Shown one piece after another: positions 13,367 to 25,940 of a stretch of 64,000 bases of DNA. The notes under the pieces were generated by a model, which saw only the letters and a list, made by a program, of their open reading frames with translations, had not been told where the DNA came from and did not search any database. The number at the start of each line of letters is the position of its first letter. The first letter of the stretch is position 1. A program made the translations under genes and the position numbers. The stretch covers positions 92,134,001 through 92,198,000 of the forward strand of contig NC_086097.1 of the NCBI RefSeq assembly GCF_963921235.1. Reading direction: 5' to 3'. Source of the DNA: Mobula hypostoma (taxonomy: Eukaryota).

Positions 13367-13806
13367 CTGATTGCACTGTTTCAACAGGAAACCTTCAGGC
13401 ACAAGTGTCCCCTTAGGGAGCAGGGCATGGGCAGGGTCTGATACTTGATTCTGATTGGCTGGATCTGAATTGCCCATTCCTGATTGGTTAGCTTGAATTG
13501 TTCTGATTGGTTGATTTTTAGGCCAAACCTCATCAGGAATCTTCAAAGCTAGAGTAGAGATAGGTCCAGTCTGGCATCACACATTCCTAAAGAGGGTTTG
13601 GCCTAAAATAAATTGGCCAATCAGAACAAGGCCAATTTAAACTAACCAATCAAGAGTAGGCAATTCAGATCCCCCACTCAGGATTGAATATTAAACCCTG
13701 CCCACTCAAGAAGACATATAAGGAGGTGTCTCTCAGGGGATTTATCATTTGATTAACTTGTGCCTGAGGAAGATAGTTGGGTTTACTGTTGAAATAATGC
13801 AATCAG
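13367..13806. repeat. ~440-bp degenerate inverted repeat with clustered CCAAT boxes, probably an old PLE-type palindrome
   Basis: ctgattgca..tttcaacag..caggcacaag / cttgtgcctg..ctgttgaaa..tgcaatcag; ttttaggccaaacc / ggtttggcctaaaa. Confidence 0.7.
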
Positions 13807-14401
13807 AGTTAAGTATTGCCTATGGATAGATTTGATAACCAGTCACAGGGCTTCTGTAGTCAGTCAAGTGTAATGTTACCTCTCCTAAATCGTCCTCCTT
13901 TGTCCCAGTAATGTTTACCTGACATACTCCTGTAAAGATTCCTGGGATACTTCAGTGTGTTAAAGGTGCTTTATAAAGCAAGTTGTTGTCCTACTTTCTG
14001 CTGTGCTGATATTCTGCAGACCTTGAGAAGAACAGGCCAGGTTTGTCAAAATTAAGTAACCAATCCTGGTGCCAATAAAAATGTTTGCCCAGTCATCCTA
14101 TCTACATAACAAGCACAGAACAGTGCCTTAGGCAAATCTGCACAACACAGATATTTACACTAATACAACTTGCAATATTGACTAAGTTTCTTTCAGGTAT
14201 GAGGGGCATACAGAGGCAGTAAAACTGTGGTTAGATGTTTTCAATGAAGTATTAAGGTTGCACCATGAGGCACGATTGGGAAAAAAAAGCAGTTATGGAC
14301 AGGAATTTAAACAACAACAAAAAAGTCCTCCTGAGCTTATAGCTTGTGAAATGTTGGTTGAGAAGGGAGCTGTGCAGTACAAAGTTTAATGAAATTCTTA
14401 C

Positions 14402-14512
14402 TGAGAGCAAGTCCAGCACAGGTTAGAACTACTCCAGTAACAATGGTGGACGTAACCACGGCAATTATTAGGGAGGAAGGAAGATGGCCTTCTGGAATGA
14501 TGCCTCCAGGAA
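14402..14512 (-). CDS. ltk: LTK/ALK-family exon: transmembrane segment (VPGGIIPEGHLPSSLIIAVVTSTIVTGVVLTCAGLAL)
   Basis: Acceptor tctacag| and donor |gtaag; 111 bp, phase 1-1; hydrophobic helix after 'PEGHLP', like ALK 'PEPHLPLSLILSVVTS'. Confidence 0.9.
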
Positions 14513-15849
14513 CTGTAGACAAAGAAACAAAAAGCAATTAAGACCTTAATTCACTTACGCCCAAAGGTTCATTCTCAATGCTTTCATGCACAACAGCTCC
14601 TGATTATAGTATTAGAGACTGTTGATTGATCAGAGGAACAAAACCAAAAAACACCAGGCCAACAGTTTAACAAATGTATCCCATCCCCAGAGTTGACCTA
14701 CAAAGCATTCTCCTCAAGACACTACCCAAGGTGCCCAGGAGAGAAACGTCTGAGTCAGTGTGCTCCACCGGAGTGCCTGGGGTGGGGTGGTGTGACATCC
14801 AAGCTGGAGTTGGTGCTGCCCCCCAGTGTTTGCTTGGCAGAAGACAAGCTGTGTTGTATTCAACTGCAGACTGCTGCAACATTCCTGGACTCAGGGTCTT
14901 GGACTGCATTCTTTGTGACTGTATTTTACAGATATCTTGTAGGTACTTGCTATCCTATATGTTCTTGCTATCTTGTGTGCTCCATGTGTCTTGTGCAGTG
15001 TATGACTGTTGGTCTTGTGTTTTGCACCACGGTCCCGGAGTTATGGTGTTTCATTTGGCTGTATTCAAGGGCATTCATGTATGGTTGAAAGACAATTAAA
15101 CTTAAACTTTCAGGTGCAACTTCAGGGAGGACAGCAGGTCAATCTACTGCCAAGCCAGAGGCAGGATCAGCTGGTCACAGGGGAAGAGAGGCTATTTGGT
15201 AGAAAGATGAGAGCCTGGGTCATAAAAAGGCAGGAATCTTCTACGAGGGTTTGGGAGTAAACCTTGCTTTAAAAACCTAGTGTAGGGTTTCAGCCTTAAT
15301 GATTAATTCCTTTCCTCTCTCAAATGCTGCTTGATCCACTGAGTCCAGATGACAATATCTGTTGTCTTTTCAGGTCGTCTCAGTAGCCAGCAGTTGGTGG
15401 GGTGGGGGGTGGAATTTAATGGTCAGGAAAGTGAATTTAGTAGTCATGGTGGTAGATTTCGAAGCTGTATGATTGGTAGTTGGAGGTACTATAGGTGCAG
15501 GGTGATCGTCACGTGGTTTGGGAGGCAGACCAATCTGTGGTTGAGCAAGGGTAGGAGGTTGGGTGGTGGGTGCAGATCACTCTGGAGGAGGACATTCTCC
15601 AGGTGGGCAAGGAGATGGTGGAGCTGAGGGCCCAAAAGAGAATTAACCACCTTAAAAATACACCCAAGTCAGATTTCAAGCCAGGCTCCCTTTAAGTCAC
15701 AAGGGCCACCCATGCATCTCCTGCATGAGTGGCCCATGAACAGTACATGGCGCATATGTGTAAATAAAAATTAGGCAAGTAGTTCCGTGAATTGCCTGCC
15801 ATTGGATGTGACTGAGCGTGCATGATACCAGAGAACCACAAACAAAACA

Positions 15850-16066
15850 CATGCACGCCATCCAAAATGCTGATGGAACTCAGCAGATCAGGCACTATCC
15901 CTGGAAAGGAATAAACAGTTGACTTTTTGGGCCAAGACCCAGTTCTAATGGAAGGTCACGGCCTGAAACAGCGACCGTTTATTTCTGTCCTGCCTGACCT
16001 GCTGAACTCCTCCAGCATTTTGTATGCTTCACTCTGGATATCCACCATCTGCAGAATCTCTTGTGT
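15850..16066. mobile_element. Palindromic PLE pLTR remnant (old)
   Basis: aaaatgctg..gaactcagcag arm versus ctgctgaactcctccagcatttt arm; decayed hammerhead text 'gaaggtcacggcctgaaac'. Confidence 0.7.
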
Positions 16067-16435
16067 TAACAACATGTATAGGTTCTGTGCAATTTAAATC
16101 ATCTCCAATATTCATGGTGAACTACATTCCTGTTTCTAGCATGTATTCCTTCTGCAGTTCCAGATATTTATTGCTAGAGGTCACTCATGTCCTATCTAGT
16201 TGCCTATGCAAGCACACGCTCCATTCATTACCCAATTCCTGATATGACTAAGCTATTTATTACAATGATACAGTACAGGAGTTGAGCTGTCCATAATCAG
16301 TCTTAATTACATCTTAAACTATGAACAACATGAACTTAAACTAAGGACCAGAGGAAACACAAGTTCCAATAATAAGTTGGCCTTATCATGTACTCGATAT
16401 GTTAAGGTGAAAATGCAGAGGACATTTCCCATTAC

Positions 16436-16528
16436 CAGACATCCCACCCTGCAAAAACTCATTTCAGGGAGGTAGTACCATCAATTTGTGGGAGACTCCA
16501 GGAACTTCCGGCAGAGGTGGGACGTCTG
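16436..16528. mobile_element. ~93-bp MITE (hAT-like TIR)
   Basis: cagacatcccacc ... ggtgggacgtctg inverted termini; TSD not clear. Confidence 0.55.
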
Positions 16529-17229
16529 CATCACAATGAGGCCAGAGAGCATTAACACTATATCAAGCATCACATTTACCATCCGGAGCATCCCAGTGAT
16601 TCTGTTTACTTCACACAGCCACAGGCCTGTTACCCTTGTCTGTTGGAGGGACAGGTGACATGGGAGCTGTGTAGCCTTGGTTGTAGCGAGAACTTGGGCC
16701 TCAAGCCTCAGGTTTGCCTGCTGCTACAGACCAGGGAAGATGTGGAAGTGTTTACAGCGTGGTGTTCAAGCTTGGCTGAGGCCTGGCCACTCCTATTGAT
16801 GCTGCCCTCCTGTGTTTGAGCGGTGGAATGACAGGCTGGGTTGCGTGTATCTATATACTGCTGGGAGACTACACCATCCATTGCCGGACAGTGAATATTT
16901 TGAGTGAATATGCTTCTTTGCTCACTATTTTGAATTCTGTCTCTTGCTATTTTTGAATGTTTGCTTGATATTTTGAGTATTTTGCACCTCAGCCTTAGAG
17001 GAACACTGTCTTCCTCAGCTGTATTTATGTATGGTTTGAGTGATAATAAAACTTGATTTGATTTGATTCATTTATGACCATCTACATTCACCCATCTGTT
17101 ACATAGGTCAGAGCACTGCAGCCATTTCCCTGATGATACAGATTCCTTTCATTGTGCTAACCACCCTCCATTACAAAAAGTCTCACATAGAGAACATCTT
17201 TTCTAGTACTCTAAGTATACTGAAAAAGA

Positions 17230-17425
17230 ACCTTTCCATTACATAGGCCATACAGAACATGCCATTCATTACAATGACCATATAGAATTTGCTATCCACG
17301 ACAGTGATTATATGGGACATGCATTATTACAATGACCCTGTGGAACACACCGCCCATTATACTAACCATGTCAGACATGCTATCCATAACACTGACCATA
17401 CAAATATCCCATTGTCCATTAAAGG
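17230..17425. repeat. Degenerate ~30-bp tandem repeat (ccattacaatgaccatacagaacat-like)
   Basis: Recurring 'cattac(a)atgacc' units. Confidence 0.5.
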
Positions 17426-18801
17426 GAAGCATTCTGGCTTAGAAAGTTCACTGCCCAACTCCAACAAGCAAACGGTGCTAAGTTATTCCGAACATGCTTA
17501 ACCTATTGCCAGATATTACTGCATCTGGGTCTCTTGGCACCCAGTGCCAAACACAATCCCCATCTTTCAGGCTGGATGTCCATCAGCAATGAGAGCTCAT
17601 TCTCAGGGTAAAATTACCTTAAACCCTGTCAACAGCAGTACAGGAATCATCTCCAGCATGAATTTCAACTGCACTGGTCTTACCCACTCACAGAACATCT
17701 AACTTTTACTAGTCCTGTTTGCTTCCTTTGTCTGAAGTTGCATTATCTAGAGGACTGTCTGCAGTCCTTGTTCTTCATCTATTGGTTATCTCTTGAACAC
17801 AGCTTCACTTGTTTGCCTGCACTGCTTTGTTTGTGGAAGTCAAGGTTACAAGTCTTCAGAATTATCCCAGGTTGCTGCTGGTGACCTCTGCCACACCTCA
17901 GTTTAATGCTCACTGCTGCATTAAGGAGGTAAAGTCCTTAACCCAGAGTCTCTGCTCAAAGAAAGATGATTTCATCTACTATTAATATGGCTCTTGGGAA
18001 TCAATACAGAGTTCCCAAAGCATAGTTGTTCACAGACTAGACTGATGAGGTGTTTGCTTCCTACAGAAAATTACCTGACAAGTTGCTGTAATCTTGGAGA
18101 TTCTTCTGTGGAGCCCTTACCAAAGAACATGCAGGTAAGCCCACCACCAGACTGAACAGGTTTGTCTCAATCTTCCTGGAGCACACCCCTATTTACCAAA
18201 CATCACTACAACATCCATTGTGTAAGCAGCAGCATTCTCCAGTTTCTGGAGCTGTGCTGTTTGTCCTCTTCTGTGCTCTTTTAAAGCTAACAGCTTCACG
18301 GATACGAGGCTAAGCAAGATGTTACAGTAGAGTGAAAGAGTGTGTAAATGGGATTAGTACAGGTTGGCATGGACACAGAGGGCTGAAGAGCCTATTTCTA
18401 TACTGCAAGGCTCTATGCCCTGAAACTGGTATAGCATGGCACGTCACAGAACCACAGGATCATTGTAGTATACAAGGGCAATAAGCTTGTTGAGTCCACG
18501 CCATTTCTAAACAAGAGCAATCCCACTGACTATTGTCCCCACTCCCCCACCTTCATCACGGATCACTGCACACTCCTTCAGAATCGTATCCAGGTCTTTG
18601 AACTACAACTGAATCTGCCTGGCCACTATCCCCAGCAACACGTTCCTAAAAATTTCCTGTTTGGAAACATGTTTCCTCATATCGCTCTTGGTTCTTTTGC
18701 AAATCTCTTTCATTCTGTGTCCATTAGCTTTTGATGCTCTGTCAATGGGAGCAGATTCCCCGTCTCTACAGTGTTGATGGCCTTCCCATTATTCAGATTG
18801 T

Positions 18802-19103
18802 GTTGGCACATGGCCAAGTGGTTAAGGCATTCGTCTAGTGATTTGAAGGTCGCTAGTTCGAACCTTGGCTGAGGCAGTGTGTGTGTCCTTGAGCAAGGCA
18901 CTTAACCACACATTGCTCTGTGATGACATCGGTGCCAAGCTGTATTGGCCCTAATGCCCTTCCCTTGGACAACGTGGTGGCGTGGAGAGGGGAGACTTGC
19001 AGCATTGGCAACTGCCGGTCTTCCATACAGCCTTGCCCAGGCCTGCGCTCTGGAAACCTTCCAAGGTGCAAATCCGTGTTCTCACGAGACTAACGGATGC
19101 CTA
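18802..19103 (+). mobile_element. tRNA-derived SINE with CORE-like domain
   Basis: A box TGGCCAAGTGG, B box GTTCGAACC, then 'gtgtccttgagcaaggcacttaac'. Confidence 0.8.
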
Positions 19104-19139
19104 TTTATTATATATATAATTCAATGCTCTGGCCCCTCA

Positions 19140-19900
19140 AATGGTTTGTTTCAAGGAGAATAATAACATCCTATCCCACCTATCATTCCTGGAATTGTTT
19201 TGGGAAATTTTGCTACATCTTTTCCGGTTCTTTCATGTGGCATCCTGGATTGGACACAATACTGTGGCCAAACTAGTTTTACAAAGATTCACTCTGGCTC
19301 CTTTGCACTTGCATTCTGCCCAAGAACCTATGTGCCTTTTCAACCACTTTGTCCAACTGCCTTGCCACATAAAATAAATAGTACATAAAATGTAACACTT
19401 CACTTTTTGTGGTATTAAATTTCATCTGCCTATCATCTATTTGCCCACCTATTCGACCTTAGTATCTCGTTAAAGTCCATTGTCACGCACTCACAGTTCA
19501 CTACACCTCCAGGTTTTGTGTCATTTACTAAGTTTAGAAGTTGTGCCAAAGCCACTCATTAATACACACTAGGCAAAAAAGTGGTTCTGATACGATATAG
19601 TACCTGGAAAATTCCACGTACACTTCTAGTCCAGGAAAGCAACCTGTAAGTGCAGCTGTTTCCTATTGCACTGTCACTTATCTATCTGCACCACTAAAGC
19701 TCTCTTTAGTCTGTGACCTTCAATTTTATTGACAAGTCTCCAGTGGAGCACGTTATCAGTTACTTTATGGAAATCCAGATATTGCTTATCAACCACACCT
19801 CTCTCAATAATCAGCTGTTACTTCAATAAAAAAAGTTCCATCAATACCTTTAACAAATTGATGCTGGCTTTCCTTATTCAATCCACATATCTGTGATTGC
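19140..19900 (-). mobile_element. Old CR1 LINE fragment
   Basis: Decayed reverse CR1 RT text ('tttgtgtcatttacta', 'ggaaatcca', 'atcaatccacat'). Confidence 0.5.
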
Positions 19901-20758
19901 TAATTACTTTTGGTTAGTGTTTCTAGAATTTTCTCCATCATTGGTTTGTGATTATTAGTTTTAAACCTACACTGCTTTTGGAACAAGTGTATAATATTTT
20001 GCAGTTTTCAGTCCTCAGATGCCACTGGCACTCTCCATTTTCACAAAAACACAGGTAAATAGGAGCAGGAATAAGGCATTTGGCCTCTCAGGCCTGCACC
20101 GTCATTCAGAATGATCATAACTGATCTATATTGGCCTTGATTCTACTCCTGTGCCAGTTCCACATAACCCTCAATTCCTCAATCTTCAAAATATTGATCT
20201 ATCTTCACCTCAAGAATATCAAATGATCTAGTCTCCACCACGCTCAGATGCAGATAATTCCATAGGGTTCACTGCCCCTTGACCAGTCCTTATTTTGTAG
20301 CTATGTCCTCTTTTCTGTGGCTCTCCCACCTCCTTAATCTCCTTAAGATGCACGTATCTGGACAGGCAGTTTAGCCACTTAATAGTGTAGTTAATCTTCC
20401 TAGTGCCTTCCCATTTTGATTCTTATCCCATCTAGGATCTATCTCTCGCTCCATTAACTCTACTCTATGTATGTGGCTGTAACTCTGCCCCGGTTTGCAC
20501 ATGGATATCTAATTTCACAGGGAAACTTGATCAAGGAGTTCGGGAATACTGACATTGGAAGACTGCATTCCTTAAGGAATCTTTAAAAGCAGAGTTAGGG
20601 TTGCACATAATGTTGATTTAGCATGATTAAAATATAATAAAGTAATTTCAAGACCCCAACTTGATGGTGAGTTGAAATAGATAATGATGACTAAGTGTAC
20701 TATTACTAATCATACTGAATAATTCTGCAAGACAGCATGTTCTGTGATCTGTTCCTAC

Positions 20759-20911
20759 CTGTGCAGCTAACGTTATCCTGGGCTAAAATTTTGCCAGCCT
20801 GGCACAGACACAGTATCATCTTTGACTTTCTCTCCCATATGCAGTTGTCCGACTCACAGTGGCTGCAGTTGATATGGATCTGAATTTCAGCTTCTCCATG
20901 GCTTTCCATTG
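20759..20911 (-). CDS. ltk: LTK exon: EGF-like domain (AMESHGEAEIQIHINCSHCESDNCIWERKSKMILCLCQAGKILAQDNVSCT)
   Basis: 153 bp, ttacag|...|gtagg; NCSHC..C..C.C..C cysteine pattern of the ALK/LTK EGF-like exon. Confidence 0.95.
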
Positions 20912-21051
20912 CTGTAAGGACAGAAGGACAACATTACTCACAGGAGGAAGAGACATGAAAGGAAACTACTTTAAACCGCACTGGACATCCAGCTGTGAAA
21001 TGAATCTCAGGTAGAGTGTAGGTTTGGTGAAAACTTCTGCTCCTTGCTTTG

Positions 21052-21360
21052 GGGCAGCTAAGTGGCACAGATGATGGGGCTGATTCTTCGTGGTATCAGC
21101 GATCCAGGTTCACTTTGGCACTGTCTGTGTGGAGTTCTCAAATTCTCTGAGACCACATGGGCTTGCTCTAGATGCTGCAGTTTCCTCCCACGTTCCAATC
21201 ACGTGCAGGTCGATAGGTTAATTGGCTGCTGTAAATGATCCTTTATATAGATGAGTGTGTGGAGAATCAGGGTGGAGTAAAAGAGCATGTGGAAGAGAAT
21301 AAGATACAGGGCAGATAAGTGGGATTGATAGGATTGGCGTAGACATGATGGGCCAAGTGT
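21052..21360 (+). mobile_element. HE1-like V-SINE
   Basis: 'ggggcagc..gtggcacag..ccaggttca..ctgtctgtgtggagtt..tttcctcccac..gtgcagg'. Confidence 0.7.
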
Positions 21361-22004
21361 TCATAAGCCCACGTGAAAATATGAAACAATTTGCTAATCA
21401 CAAGAGGTTCTGCAGGTGCTGGAAATCCAGAGCAACACACAGTGCTGGAGAACCTAGCTGGTCAGACAGCATATCTGGAGGGGAATGAGCAGTCAACAAT
21501 TCAGGCTGAGACTCTTCATCAGGGCACGTGAAAGCTCTCCCCCTGAGAAAGTCAAGAAGGAGATTCTATTTTTAGAATAAGAATCAATCTATTTACATGA
21601 CGTTTGGTTAAGTCTTCATACAAATCAATGGAATTCTCTTCCAAAACTCACTTTAAATCTTTGACGCAATGAAATTGGTGGATCAGGTCAATGAACGGAG
21701 TTATGTTATTGATCAACCTTGAACTCAATGAACAGCAGCTTAGGTTGAAACCATTGGATGGGCCACTCCTATTCCTCTGTTTCAACTGTGGCGCTTGAAC
21801 TCCTCCTTGGCTACTGAAGATAATTCTCATCAGCCTGCAAGCCAAACCCTTTCACACCGACACCGAGCCAAAGTGGAAAGCAAATAAATTATTTTTCAAG
21901 AAGTTACCTTTTCAAGAACTGTTTCAATGATTTATTGAAATAAATGTTCCTTTCAATGTGTAAGCAACATCAAAACCAACTGGCAGCATGTCTATGCACT
22001 TTAC

Positions 22005-22103
22005 CTGCTAATGGGAGGAGGTAAAGCTCTCCAGCTTGATTAACAAATGAAATTCCGTCATGGCCATCAGCGCTAATGTGATCAGTTTTTGATGCATTCC
22101 CAC
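22005..22103 (-). CDS. ltk: LTK exon (GGNASKTDHISADGHDGISFVNQAGELYLLPLA)
   Basis: 99 bp, tttcag|...|gtaaag, phase 1-1; matches the ALK/LTK 'GG.A.....DG.DG.SF' exon; read by hand, not in the ORF track. Confidence 0.93.
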
Positions 22104-22379
22104 CTGAAAGAGGGCACAGAAACTCAGAGCTGCAGGTTTACTCCTTACACAGCTGATAAAGGGGCTCATTTATAAGGCTTCAGACTTCACAGTACAGTTC
22201 ACACTGCTCAGCTAGGATACAATGGACCCTCACTTCCAGAGATTTCAGCTCATAAAGTTGGAGATTCTACTAGTTAAGTGGAATGTTAAATTGAAGCTCC
22301 TGCTGAGTATAGATGATCCCATTTCACTGTTTTGAAGAAATAAAAATCATTCTCTTTGTCCTGGTCAATATTTATCTCA

Positions 22380-23495
22380 CAGTCAACCTTGTGCAATTGG
22401 ACCCTTGATCTCCTCACTTGTAGACCCCAATCAGGTCGGATTGGCAACAACATCTCCACAATCTCCATCAGCTCAGGTGCACCACAAGTCTGTGTGCTTA
22501 GCTCCCTGCACAGCTCCAATACCATATTCAAGTTTGCTGACAACACCACTATCATAGGCTGAATCGAAGGTGGTGAGGAATCTGCATATGGGAGGGAGAT
22601 TGAAAATCTAGCTGAGTGGTGCCATAACTACAGCCTCTTGCCCAATGCCAGCAAGACCATGGAGTTGATTATTGACTTCAAGAGAAGGAAAGCAGGGGTC
22701 CATGAGCCTGTCCTCGTCAGTGGATCAGATGTGGAGAGGTTCAGCAACTCCAAATTCCTCGGTGTTATTATTTTGGAGGTCCTGTTCTGGGCCCCGTATG
22801 CAAGTGCAATTATGAAGAGAGCACTGCAGTGCCTCTACTTCCTTAGATGTCATACTGAATCTCCACAATCTCCTAAGATTTTGACAAACTTCTATATATG
22901 TGGAGTGGAGAGTATATTGACTGGCTGCATGGAAACAGCAATGCCCTTGGTCAGAAAATCCTACAAAAGTAGTGGCGACAGCCCAGGCTGTCATGTGTAA
23001 AGCTCTCCCCACTATTGAGCCCATCTACATGAGATGCCGTCACAGGAAAGCAGCACCCATCCAATATCAGGGACCCCACCCTCCAGGATATGCTCTCTTC
23101 TTGCTGCTGCCTTCAGGAGGGTGGTACAGGAATCTTTGGGCTCACACCACCAGGTTCAAGTACAGTTATTACCCCTCAACCATCAGGCTTTTCAACTAGT
23201 GGGGATAACTTCACTCACCCCATCACTGAACTGTTCTCACAACCTATTGGCTCACTTTCAAGGGCTCTTTTTTCATGTTCTCAATATTTATTGCTTATTT
23301 ATTTATTATTATTATTATTATTTTTTATATTTTCACAATTTGTCTCCTTCTGCTCTCTGGTTGAGTGCCCAAGTTGGGCAGACTTTCACTGATTCTGATT
23401 TGGTTACTATTCTATAGGTCTATTGAGTATGCCCACAAGAAATTGAATCTCAGGGCTGTATATGGTACTTTGATAATAAATTTACTTTGAACCTT
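22380..23495 (+). mobile_element. Rex1/Babar-type LINE, 5'-truncated, decayed
   Basis: ORF fragments '[23 protein letters not shown]', 'KTMELIIDF', 'FLGV', 'LYFLR'; tail 'aataaatttactttgaac'. Confidence 0.85.
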
Positions 23496-24382
23496 AAATC
23501 AAGGGACTGCTAATTATCTCACTGGTGTCTGTGGTAATCTCTTTGGCCCTTTAATCACAGCAACAGCAACTACGTTTCAAGAGTACCTGTACAACACTTA
23601 AAGGATATTTTGTGCCAATGAGCAGGTACCTAACAACTCTGACATTTCAGTTTATGGTTCTACTAAAGGTAGCCGGTTAAGTAAACAACACACAGGAAGA
23701 ATCGGATCTGGCAAAGGAGTTCTCTGTGCAGAATTACAGGCAGAAGATCCTGTGTGTTCCAGCATCAACATAAAGGCAAGGAGCCAGTCATGCAACCTTC
23801 CTCACAGCTGGAGGTTCCATTCATTGCTCCGTATCGGAGCAGCTTTTCAGAAACAGGGACAGGAACCGGCCATAAAAAAGCGCAGCGACCCATCATTTAA
23901 ATACAATAATGAGGGAGAAGGGATTATTTATCTCAGCTGGAAGCAAGGAAGTTGTTTGAATAGAAATATTCTTGAATTTTCTGCATGGCTGTAATATTGT
24001 TTGCTAAACTTGTATAATTGCCTCATCATTTATAATGAACAGACACAGCAACCTGAATCGCAGAGTTTTCTTGGAGGAGTGTCAACTGCATCTTAGCCTA
24101 CGGCATTTTGTGGTTCAGTGATGCGGGCTGCTCTGGGGAAGCAGAGGGCTGTAAAACAAAGGGGCGCTTAACTGAGCTTCGAACTCTGCGTCTGTCATCA
24201 GGATGAAGGAAAATTCTCCCACATGTTAATATCAAAGCAGGCCGCAGCAATTGAACAGGGGCGCTACGAGAGTAAGCCAGGGTGGAGTTAACCGTGGTAA
24301 TTGTAAGACATCTCCGCAGAAAGCGAAAAATGAGCTGAAAGCAAGCAGAGATGAAAGGCAACTACATAATCCTAAACCTTTA

Positions 24383-24667
<285 letters not shown>

Positions 24668-24776
24668 TCACAATAATCCACTGGACAACCACTTGAACAA
24701 TAGCTATGCTGGTGTGACTTGGAAACTAAGTGTTGGAATTGTCACCCGTATACCCAAAGCTGGAGCTCAGACTATG

Positions 24777-24962
24777 CAAACAACAGGAATTCTGCAGATG
24801 CTGGAAATTCAAGCAAGATACATCAAAGTTGCTGGTGAACGCAGCAGGCCAAGCAGCATCTATAGGAAGAGGTGCAGTCGGTCTCGGCCTGAAACGTCGA
24901 CTGCACCTCTTCCTATAGATGCTGCTTGGCCTGCTGCGTTCACCAGCAACTTTGATGTATGT
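24777..24962. mobile_element. Young fold-back PLE pLTR mini-insertion with 13-bp TSD
   Basis: agctcagactatg at 24764-24776 and 24963-24975; perfect ~63-bp inverted arms 24818-24880 / 24898-24960. Confidence 0.92.
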
Positions 24963-25089
24963 AGCTCAGACTATGGCTGACTTAGAGTGGTGCATTTTCC
25001 AGACAGATCCTGCCATGGTAACACTGACTCCAGAATCAAGTGTTGCTCAAACTTTTGACTTGCAGAATTGTAGAAAACCTAAAAGCACA

Positions 25090-25455
25090 CTGACAAATGT
25101 ATCCCCATCAGCTCTCTCCCCCAGTGGGACACTGTGGCAGGCCTGTCCCTCCAGTACCGAACCCCAGTAGTTTACACTGACAGACATGTTCCCACCAGTA
25201 CTGCCCCAGTGTTTTATACTGACAGGCCTGTCCCCACCAGCTTTTTAGCCCAGTGATAGAACTGTTCCCATCAGTACTCTTCCCTCCAGTATTACTCTGA
25301 GATAGACTTGTCCCTACTGGTCTGTTCCCCCAGTGTTTCACACTGACAGACCTGTTCCCACCCCAGTCACTACTGTCTCCAGTGGGTTACACTGAGGGAG
25401 ACCTGTTCCCCACCAGCACAGTCACACAGTCCTCTACATTGTTGGACTTCTCCCC
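25090..25455. repeat. Degenerate ~40-bp minisatellite (ccccagtgttttacactgacagacctgtccccaccagtact)
   Basis: About 8-9 recognisable units. Confidence 0.8.
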
Positions 25456-25783
25456 ACCTTTACCTAAAAAATCTGTGCGCGCAGTTTTTGAAATTTTTAA
25501 GGTCACGAATGGCCAATAAATGTGGCCTTTTCAGTGTTGCTCTCATATCAACATCTTGTTACCAGTTGCTGATCATGAGAACAACAAACAAAAACAAAGT
25601 AAGGCCAACACATTTGTCCCTACAAAATAGGTCCGGCTTTGGCTATAGCGTTATGTTTGAATAGGGTTATGTTTGAAAAGTGTGTGACAAAACCTACAGC
25701 AGAGATTCGAAGAACAAGAGATTACCAAAATTTTCATAACACGCTAATGAGACGTCTCGACCTATTTCTTTCCTCTCACTGAC

Positions 25784-25940
25784 CTGCTGCCCCTACTTGG
25801 CCATTGTATCCAGGCACTGATGTATCATTTTCATATTGTTCCATTCGATGGACATCCATCGAGTAATTTGGGTCTTCCAGGTACGCCTTTCCTCCCCCAC
25901 CTGCCGCAATGAGCAATGGCACTTGGATGCCATTCTCCAT
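25784..25940 (-). CDS. ltk: LTK exon ([52 protein letters not shown])
   Basis: 157 bp, ttattcag|...|gtcagt; '[17 protein letters not shown]...EQYEN' resembles fish LTK more than ALK. Confidence 0.95.

Noticed and set aside
18802..18875. tRNA gene
   Set aside because: A and B boxes continue into a CORE-like body with no proper acceptor stem or terminator; it is a SINE head
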